A stretch of DNA of 5,102 nt from Promethearchaeota archaeon (GTDB lineage: Archaea; Asgardarchaeota; Thorarchaeia; Thorarchaeales; Thorarchaeaceae). The stretch is from the NCBI GenBank assembly GCA_027031765.1, contig JALVPN010000222.1:5951-11052 (forward strand). The letters run 5' to 3'. Under the pieces are notes generated by a model. That model ran no database searches. It worked only from the letters and a program-made list of their open reading frames with translations, and was not told where the DNA came from. This document shows, one piece after another, positions 1 through 5,102 of this stretch. Positions within the stretch are counted from its first letter, which is position 1. Every line of letters starts with the position of its first letter. Position numbers and translations under genes: made by a program.

Positions 1-541
1 CCGGGCACTTGCCGCTGACCGTACCTGTGCCACTCACGTTGAGGAACTGAAAGCCGGAGCTCACGTAGAAGCCCAGTTCAGCGCCGACGGCTGCATCGAG
101 GGCAGAGGCGTTCCCCGCCACGAAGCACCAGCCCTCACGCACGTCGAAGGCGCCCGATGACACATTGACGTAGCCCACATCGGCCTCCAGGGCCGGATCG
201 AGTGCAACAAGCCAGAAGTATGTGCGCTGACCACTACTGGACACCCACGCGTACACCTCAATCCGTGGGATGACCCGACGGACACCGGGTAGCGAAGCTA
301 TCTGTAAGACGGCCTCCTGTGAGAGACGGGTACCATACCTGGGCGCACTGACAGCGAGGTCCACCGGGCCCATTGACGCGTCAAGGAAGGCGTTGGCACT
401 GAGGCGGAGGCTGCTCGTGGCCGACATGGAGGTGTACAGCAGGCTCACTGAAAGGGCAATGGACATGACCGTGAACAGGGCCTGTCGTCTCCTGCGTAGC
501 ACGTTCCGGATGCCTATGATGGCCAGCCGTGACAATAGCAC
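1..541 (-). CDS. ABC transporter permease, MacB/FtsX-like family (N-terminal ~180 aa; runs off the left edge)
   Basis: Manual translation of the minus frame from GTG at 541 is open to the window edge: MLLSRLAIIGIRNVLRRRRQALFTVMSIALSVSLLYTSMSATSSLRLSANAFLDASMGPVDLAVSAPRYGTRLSQEAVLQIASLPGVRRVIPRIEVYAWVSSSGQRTYFWLVALDPALEADVGYVNVSSG... This shows the typical MacB/FtsX start: 'RN-x-x-RR', one TM helix, then a MacB_PCD-like extracytoplasmic domain ('IASLPGVRRVIPRI', 'LVALDP'). GGAGAG lies directly upstream (547-542). TTG at 535 is an alternative start. Absent from the ORF track because no stop lies in the window. Confidence 0.88.
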   Translation of the reverse strand, partial: MLLSRLAIIGIRNVLRRRRQALFTVMSIALSVSLLYTSMSATSSLRLSANAFLDASMGPVDLAVSAPRYGTRLSQEAVLQIASLPGVRRVIPRIEVYAWVSSSGQRTYFWLVALDPALEADVGYVNVSSGAFDVREGWCFVAGNASALDAAVGAELGFYVSSGFQFLNVSGTGTVSGKCP

Positions 542-573
542 CTCTCCTGTACAGGGTACCTGACAGACACCAC

Positions 574-601
574 GCAGGGGAAATCTCCTTATAGCCCCAG
601 C
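574..601. promoter_or_regulatory. Putative bidirectional archaeal TATA-type promoter between the divergent genes
   Basis: CTTATAG at 588-594 (CTATAAG on the minus strand) holds the only TATA tetramer I found by eye in the window. It lies in the divergent gap, about 50 nt from GTG541, 30 nt from GTG623 and 55-60 nt from ATG650. No clear BRE. Inference from position and consensus only. Confidence 0.45.
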
Positions 602-649
602 TGTCCAGATACCTGATGTGGGGTGTCTGGCCTGACACAAGAGTCCAAG

Positions 650-1192
650 ATGGGGTTGCCACTGTCCCCGAGATCCGTGTTCCTCTCGCTGCTCGTGACC
701 CTAGCACTGAGCCTCGTGATGTCCGTGTGGCTGATGCCACAGCTGCTGGCAATGTCCGGCGGCCTGCAGATAATGGACACCAGGCTCTGGTACACGGCCG
801 ATGATGTCGCATCCCTGCTCGGGGCGCTTGGACCCGATGGGAGGGCCATGTACAGCTACCTCCAGCTCGTCGACACCATCTATCCTGCTGCATATGCGAT
901 CACCTTCGCACTCGTCCTTGCATTCATGCTTGAGAGGACGGGCGAGCTGGGGCACAGGCTCAGGCTGCTGTTCATAGTGCCATACCTCGCAGCGCTTGCC
1001 GACTACATCGAGAACATCCTCATGGCCACCCAGATCGCAACATACCCGTCAATAAGCGCAGACATAGTGACAGCAGCGTCCATTGCCACGACCATCAAAT
1101 GGGCACTGATTGGCCTGAGCTCCCTGCTTGTGGTCATCATCGGACTGTATGTCGTGTACCTCCGGTGGCAGCAACGGGCAGCGGGCGCATGA
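650..1192 (+). CDS. Uncharacterised integral membrane protein, about 4 TM helices (180 aa; alternative start GTG623 gives 189 aa)
   Basis: Four hydrophobic segments: VFLSLLVTLALSLVMSVWLM; YLQLVDTIYPAAYAITFALVLAFML; LLFIVPYLAALADYIENILMA; IVTAASIATTIKWALIGLSSLLVVIIGLYVVYL. The pattern D-x-R-x-x-Y...LG-x-x-GR-x-x-Y...D-x-x-YP...D-Y-x-EN...KW resembles a widespread unnamed prokaryotic hypothetical family as I recall it. GC3-rich codons fit a real gene. Start codon uncertain. Confidence 0.85.
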   Translation: MGLPLSPRSVFLSLLVTLALSLVMSVWLMPQLLAMSGGLQIMDTRLWYTADDVASLLGALGPDGRAMYSYLQLVDTIYPAAYAITFALVLAFMLERTGELGHRLRLLFIVPYLAALADYIENILMATQIATYPSISADIVTAASIATTIKWALIGLSSLLVVIIGLYVVYLRWQQRAAGA

Positions 1193-1378
1193 GGGAGTGG
1201 GGGCACTTGGGGAGAGGTACGTCGGAGATGATGACCCGGGCCTGTGGCTAGGTCAGCAGTACGGGAGCCAGATGCCACGCACAGGACAGGTCATATCTCA
1301 GTCCGTGACTGCTGTGGGCACGACGGGACCCGAGGGACGACACGGCCGGCTGCAATGCGGGGTGGCCATGGGGACGGC

Positions 1379-1390
1379 AAAGGACATAAG
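1379..1390 (+). promoter_or_regulatory. Possible weak TATA-like element upstream of the DUF4139 pair
   Basis: AAAGGACATAAG ends 30 nt before ATG1421, which has no Shine-Dalgarno. This would fit a short-leader archaeal transcript. The consensus match is poor. Confidence 0.3.
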
Positions 1391-1420
1391 CTCCCACGAG
1401 CAGAGACCACGGGTTCTACG

Positions 1421-2995
1421 ATGACAGAGGTATTGGAAACAAGGGTCTCGGCTGTGACCGTGTTCCAGGACGGCGCACGCGTGACAAGGACTGGGACAAT
1501 ACGACTGGCCCCGGGACGACATACAGTCCGGGTCGGTGGCATTACCGGCCGGGCGTACTACGACAGTTTCAGGGTGCATACCAGCGGCCCGGCCAGGGCG
1601 GTATCCACAGCCCTCAGCATGGAGGTCAGGAGGGGCATTACTGACGGGGCGCAACAGGCGCTGCACAAGAGGTTGGCGGGCCTGAAGGAGAGGCTGCAGG
1701 CCATAGACGACGAGATACAAGTACAGGAGTTCAGACACCGCCAGCTAGAGGAGGTGCTCAAGAACTTCAGTCACGTCTTTGGTACCGCGTTAGCTATTGG
1801 CAAGGCGGAAGTGGACCGGATGGACGACCTGCGCCGTGTCGTCGAAGAGAGACTGGACGCCTGCCACACCAGGCTCCTCGAGCTGCGGAGGGAGAGAGAG
1901 GAGGTCGAGAAACAAATAGACGCCCTGTCAAGAGGGACGGACTGGAAAGCCCTGCGAGACATCACCACCTCATGGTACGCACTTGACATAGACCTCACAG
2001 TGGAGGAGGGGGGTGAGATAGGAGTGGGGGTCACGTACCACTGTGATGGGGCGCAGTGGGCGCCGGCCTATGACCTTGACATTGCAGAGGACAGGGCCCT
2101 GCTGAAACGGATTGCTCTCGTCACCAACGACACCATGGAACCTTGGGAAGGTGTGCGCCTGACCGTTTCAATGGCCTCCACAGCGCCTGTAGAGGCAGTC
2201 CAGGGCACCCCACTGGTGTTGCATGCACGGCGGCCAACTATGCCCGGTGTTGAGATTGATGATATGTTCTTGAAGGAGGAGGCTGAGGCGGAAGAGGCTG
2301 CCCCACCAGAACGTATGATGGCTGAGATAGGTGGCCCACCAGTTGCGGAGGCGGAGCCCGAGGTCAGACACACATCCACCGGTGTCGCGTTGTACACCTG
2401 CAAGCAGGAGACAGACATCCCGGCTGATGGCAACGAACACCCTGTCACCCTGACCACCGAGGAGCTGCCCGGCAAGACCGTGTACTACTGGTATGCCGAT
2501 GGCATGTCGGATGTGGTCGCACAGACCGAGGTCGTCAACGGCGACAGTGCCATCATTCCCGGGAAGATGCGGGTCTACGTGAGCGGCGAGTTCGTCGGCG
2601 AGACCTGGACAGAAACAGTACGCCCCCGAGAGTCATTCCGGACAGGCACCAGGCGTGCGTACGACGTGACCGCCACGAAGGAGATGGTGTCCAAGGAAGT
2701 GCGCAGGGCTGGCATTGTGAGCAGCAAGGTCCGCTATGGTTACCGGTACAGGTTGACGGTGACAAACCACTCGGACAGAGAGGCACAGATAGATGTGTAC
2801 GACAGGGTCCCACACAGCAGGTCGCCGGCCATCGAAGTGAGGTACGGAGAGGGCATTGAGCCCGCCACGCAGGGCGGTGGGATGGGAGTCATGCACTGGG
2901 AGATGGTACTGCCACCACGTGAGACACAGACCATAGAGTACGACTTCGAGGTGGTCGTAGAGGAAGGGGTCACGGTTGAGCCCCCGCTCCCATAG
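1421..2995 (+). CDS. DUF4140 + DUF4139 domain protein (TIGR02231 / mucoidy inhibitor MuiA-like family), paralog A, 524 aa
   Basis: N-terminal family motif 'VSAVTVFQDGARVTR...L-x-x-G...DSFRV', a long heptad-rich helical region (1652-1933), then 'Y...AQWAPAYDL...ALVTNDTMEPWEGVRLTVS', 'IPADG-x-x-H', 'IIPGKMRVYVSGEFVG', 'YRLTVTN', 'DRVPHS', 'WEMVLPP...IEYDFEV'. The true start is probably ATG1421: the 59 extra residues from 1244 are not family-like, and the domain starts at the same offset as in paralog B. Confidence 0.9.
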   Translation: MTEVLETRVSAVTVFQDGARVTRTGTIRLAPGRHTVRVGGITGRAYYDSFRVHTSGPARAVSTALSMEVRRGITDGAQQALHKRLAGLKERLQAIDDEIQVQEFRHRQLEEVLKNFSHVFGTALAIGKAEVDRMDDLRRVVEERLDACHTRLLELRREREEVEKQIDALSRGTDWKALRDITTSWYALDIDLTVEEGGEIGVGVTYHCDGAQWAPAYDLDIAEDRALLKRIALVTNDTMEPWEGVRLTVSMASTAPVEAVQGTPLVLHARRPTMPGVEIDDMFLKEEAEAEEAAPPERMMAEIGGPPVAEAEPEVRHTSTGVALYTCKQETDIPADGNEHPVTLTTEELPGKTVYYWYADGMSDVVAQTEVVNGDSAIIPGKMRVYVSGEFVGETWTETVRPRESFRTGTRRAYDVTATKEMVSKEVRRAGIVSSKVRYGYRYRLTVTNHSDREAQIDVYDRVPHSRSPAIEVRYGEGIEPATQGGGMGVMHWEMVLPPRETQTIEYDFEVVVEEGVTVEPPLP

Positions 2996-3001
2996 GAGGT
3001 G
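2995..3001 (+). promoter_or_regulatory. Shine-Dalgarno (GGAGGTG) for paralog B, overlapping the stop of paralog A
   Basis: The sequence reads cca-TAG-GAGGTG-gtcaag-GTG. GGAGGTG at 2995-3001 shares its first G with TAG 2993-2995 and sits 6 nt before GTG3008. Confidence 0.8.
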
Positions 3002-3007
3002 GTCAAG

Positions 3008-4546
3008 GTGAAGGAGTTACCAACAACCATCCGGAGTGTCACAGTCTTCAGGGACGGCGCACTGGTGAAGCGCATCGGCACGGTAGAGCTCGACGCAGGA
3101 ACCCACAGACTGGTGGTCTCAGGGATACCGGGCACCGCCGAAGCAGACAGCATACGTGTAAAGGGCACTGGTGGTGGCGTGCTGCTCGCCGTCGACACTC
3201 GGCGGGCAAGGACCACTGTGCCGACGCACGAACGGGTCACCGCACTGAAGAAGAAGCTACGGGATATCGAGGACGAGACCGAGCGCATCGAACACAAGGC
3301 CCAGTTCTACAGTGCCAGATACGAGGACACGGCCACAGTCTTCGAGGACTTTGCAAGACGCTTTGGTAAGCGGTACGCCTTTGGCAGGGTGGCACTCGCA
3401 AACCTCGCCGCAATGGACGACAAGGCCATTGAGACCATGCTTGGGGACCTCAGTGCCCTCCGTGAGCTGAGAGCAAGGAGGCGGGAGCTGGAGAGAGAGG
3501 CGGCACTGCTCAGGGAGGAGATTGAGAGGCTCGGTGCGGGTACCGCGGAGGAGGGGCTGGCAGTCGACATCCAGGTGGAGGTACCAGATACGAGAGAGCT
3601 GACATTTGAGGTCACGTACATAGTCTCCGGAGCAAAGTGGTGGCCCACGTACGATGTGCGCGTGGAAAAGGGGCACACGGTGGTGAGCCTCACAGCGTGG
3701 GTGAACAACACGACCCACGAGGACTGGGAGGATGTGTCCCTCTCGGTGACGACTGCTACTGCCGCCAGTGTCACGACTGTCGAGCCGACCCCACTGCTGA
3801 TTGGCGAGGCCAGACCACCACGACCGAAGAAACGTGCAGCACGCAGGGTGGCGGGCATCGCCAGAGGGCCAAGGGCACCCGGCGCCCCGCCCAGAGAGGA
3901 GGGAGTGCAGACGGTCATATCTGAGGTCATGGGTGGGGTGGTCAGGTTCGATGTCCCCGTCCCTGTGACCATGAGGGCAGGCAAGTACCCACACGCGCTC
4001 ACACTTGCAGAGATGGACTTCGAGAGCACCACAAGGTACTACTGGAACGCATATGCCATGGACCATGCAATCGCAGAGGAAGAGGCGACCAATGGCGCGA
4101 CCACACTGGTCCCGGGCCCGGTCAGCGTCTTCATGGGTGATGACTACGTGGGTGAGGGGCTCATGCCAGTGGTACCGCCAAACAAGACCTTCAAGCTGGG
4201 CACCCGGCGCGCCTTTGACCTCGGCGTCGAGAGACGGATGCTCTCAGTGGACACAGTCAGGAAACGGATCTCACGGGGGAGGCTGGGCATTGCCTACCAG
4301 TACGCGCTGACCGTGAAGAGCCATGCAAGGGCACCAGCGCAGGTCACGGTGGTAGACAGGGTACCACACAGCGACAGCGAACAGATATCGGTGTCACTGG
4401 ACGACTGCGAGCCCTCACCGGTGAAGGAAGAGATGGGTGTCCTCGAGTGGCAACTCACGGTCGGCCCGGACGAGTCTGTGGAGATACGCTACTCGTACAC
4501 TGTTGAGTGGGAGGAAGGGGTCGAGGTGGAACCACCACTCCTATGA
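3008..4546 (+). CDS. DUF4140 + DUF4139 domain protein (TIGR02231 / MuiA-like family), paralog B, 512 aa
   Basis: Motifs 'IRSVTVFRDGALVKR...L-x-x-G...ADSIRV', a helical region (3227-3535), 'Y-x-V-x-x-AKWWPTYDVRV...AWVNNTTHEDWEDVSLSVTT', 'LVPGPVSVFMGDDYVG', 'YALTVKS', 'DRVPHS', 'GVLEWQLTVGP...IRYSYTVEW'. Collinear with paralog A. GTG3008 is preferred over GTG2999 on SD spacing. Confidence 0.9.
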   Translation: MKELPTTIRSVTVFRDGALVKRIGTVELDAGTHRLVVSGIPGTAEADSIRVKGTGGGVLLAVDTRRARTTVPTHERVTALKKKLRDIEDETERIEHKAQFYSARYEDTATVFEDFARRFGKRYAFGRVALANLAAMDDKAIETMLGDLSALRELRARRRELEREAALLREEIERLGAGTAEEGLAVDIQVEVPDTRELTFEVTYIVSGAKWWPTYDVRVEKGHTVVSLTAWVNNTTHEDWEDVSLSVTTATAASVTTVEPTPLLIGEARPPRPKKRAARRVAGIARGPRAPGAPPREEGVQTVISEVMGGVVRFDVPVPVTMRAGKYPHALTLAEMDFESTTRYYWNAYAMDHAIAEEEATNGATTLVPGPVSVFMGDDYVGEGLMPVVPPNKTFKLGTRRAFDLGVERRMLSVDTVRKRISRGRLGIAYQYALTVKSHARAPAQVTVVDRVPHSDSEQISVSLDDCEPSPVKEEMGVLEWQLTVGPDESVEIRYSYTVEWEEGVEVEPPLL

Positions 4547-4608
4547 GGGCACACCCCGTGTGAGCGCACGGCACGGGCACTCGGGCCCGGTACGCCTGCC
4601 GTCCACTC

Positions 4609-4658
4609 CAGTACAGGAGAGCACAGTACAGGAGAGCACAGTACAGGACAGGAGAGGA
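4609..4658. repeat. Short tandem repeat: 15-bp unit CAGTACAGGAGAGCA (2 full copies plus a 10-bp partial) built from ten SAGNA pentamers
   Basis: Read directly as CAGTA-CAGGA-GAGCA-CAGTA-CAGGA-GAGCA-CAGTA-CAGGA-CAGGA-GAGGA, in the 232-bp gap between convergent genes. Confidence 0.9.
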
Positions 4659-4778
4659 GGGCCGGCTTGGACATTTCTGCACTCGATGACGGGGTCTGGG
4701 AAGGCCCTGCCTCACCACAGTGCGGGGTGCACGAGGCATGCACCGCCAAGTAGGGAGTACGGCTGAGGGGCCTGTCGT

Positions 4779-5102
4779 TCAGAACATCACTCTGCCGAAT
4801 GACTCGCCAATCATTGTCATGACCCGGCCCTCATCGAGGGACCTTGGTGTGAGGGCCCCATCGACAGTCTGCATGCCTGGGTACTCTGCCATGAGCAGGT
4901 CGGCGAACTTGCGTAGAGCTGCCTCGATGGCGGTGTCTGGCTCGTCGCCGATTGCCATGAAGTTCACCTTGCCACGCTTCTCAACAGTCACGACCTTGTT
5001 CTCGTAGTAGATTGAACGGAGCCGTGTCTTGGTCTTGAGCAGGTCGCTCATGGCAGTCTGGAGGGCGGAGAAGAGCGCAGAGAACAGGGCCGGGTCACCC
5101 AT
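4779..5102 (-). CDS. Longin-like (longin/roadblock-fold) small protein or C-terminal domain of Asgard type; probably 5'-truncated by the window edge
   Basis: The translation MGDPALFSALFSALQTAMSDLL...LRSIYYENKVVTVEK...NFMAIGD...AIEAALRKFADLLMAEY... follows the pattern typical of Asgard longin-like proteins: a D-x-x-L-[FI]-S-[AG]-x-x-SA-[LI] helix, a beta-strand run, then a helix ending in Y. Longins normally have two beta strands before this helix, so the ATG at the extreme edge (5102-5100) is probably internal. Confidence 0.7.
   Translation of the reverse strand: MGDPALFSALFSALQTAMSDLLKTKTRLRSIYYENKVVTVEKRGKVNFMAIGDEPDTAIEAALRKFADLLMAEYPGMQTVDGALTPRSLDEGRVMTMIGESFGRVMF

Noticed and set aside
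542-552. 11-mer GTACAGGAGAG shared between the permease upstream region (minus strand) and the repeat at 4611-4621
   Set aside because: Several 11-bp matches are expected by chance in a 5-kb window over both strands, and the match does not extend.
270-563. 97-aa plus-strand ORF (and the 74-aa minus ORF at 61..285)
   Set aside because: Shadow frames over the ABC permease, whose own frame has recognisable family motifs.
1190-1255. Possible selenocysteine readthrough of TGA1190 with a SECIS-like ATGA hairpin
   Set aside because: The hairpin lacks the apical AA and GA-quartet geometry, and readthrough adds only 12 uninformative codons before another TGA.
1244-1420. 59-residue N-terminal extension of the 583-aa ORF
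   Set aside because: Low-complexity R/G/T-rich sequence that is neither family-like nor a signal peptide. Alignment to paralog B places the start at ATG1421.
2801-2971. Nucleotide matches between paralogs (GACAGGGTCCCACACAGC 2801-2818 vs 4355-4372; GAGGAAGGGGTC 2960-2971 vs 4511-4522)
   Set aside because: Explained by conserved DRVPHS and EEGV peptides plus codon bias. Not evidence of a separate repeat or recent gene conversion.
3821-3847. RPKKRAARR resembles a nuclear localisation signal
   Set aside because: The context is prokaryotic (SD, operon structure). It is treated as part of the basic linker finding instead.
3257-4066. Long antisense ORFs (269 aa at 3257..4066, 241 aa at 3307..4032; also 381..893, 1298..1738, 2068..2475, 2740..3297)
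   Set aside because: They fully overlap well-supported genes and have Ser/Thr/Pro/Cys/Arg-rich shadow composition. Long antisense frames are expected in GC-rich coding DNA.
4609-4658. CRISPR array or insertion-sequence end
   Set aside because: The units are contiguous with no spacers and only 15 bp long. There are no terminal inverted repeats, cas genes or transposase in the window.
4437-4766. Small ORFs crossing the repeat and reading QESTV, LCSPV or LLYCA repeats (4437..4766 +, 4489..4749 -, 4455..4739 -)
   Set aside because: The peptide repeats only reflect a 15-bp unit. The ORFs overlap the end of paralog B, have no SD and show no recognisable protein features.

Overview
GC-rich, gene-dense window that looks archaeal and probably Asgard (Thorarchaeota-like). 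That assignment is inferred from a longin-like gene, a GGAGGTG Shine-Dalgarno and a TATA-type promoter. Five genes are supported. (1) The 5' part of a MacB/FtsX-type ABC permease on the minus strand (541 to <1), which the ORF track misses because it runs off the left edge. (2) A divergently transcribed, uncharacterised ~4-TM membrane protein (650..1192). (3, 4) Two tandem, diverged DUF4140+DUF4139 (TIGR02231/MuiA-like) paralogs at 1421..2995 and 3008..4546, neither with a signal peptide. (5) A convergent, probably 5'-truncated longin-like gene (5102 to 4779). A short 15-bp/5-bp tandem repeat lies in the convergent gap. The best candidate for an undescribed system is the DUF4139 pair: the genes are tightly coupled, share an amphipathic helical-hairpin tip motif, have oppositely charged central linkers, and sit in one reading frame separated only by a TAG. 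No rRNA, tRNA, CRISPR array or mobile element was seen. All family calls are by motif recognition by eye, not by database search.
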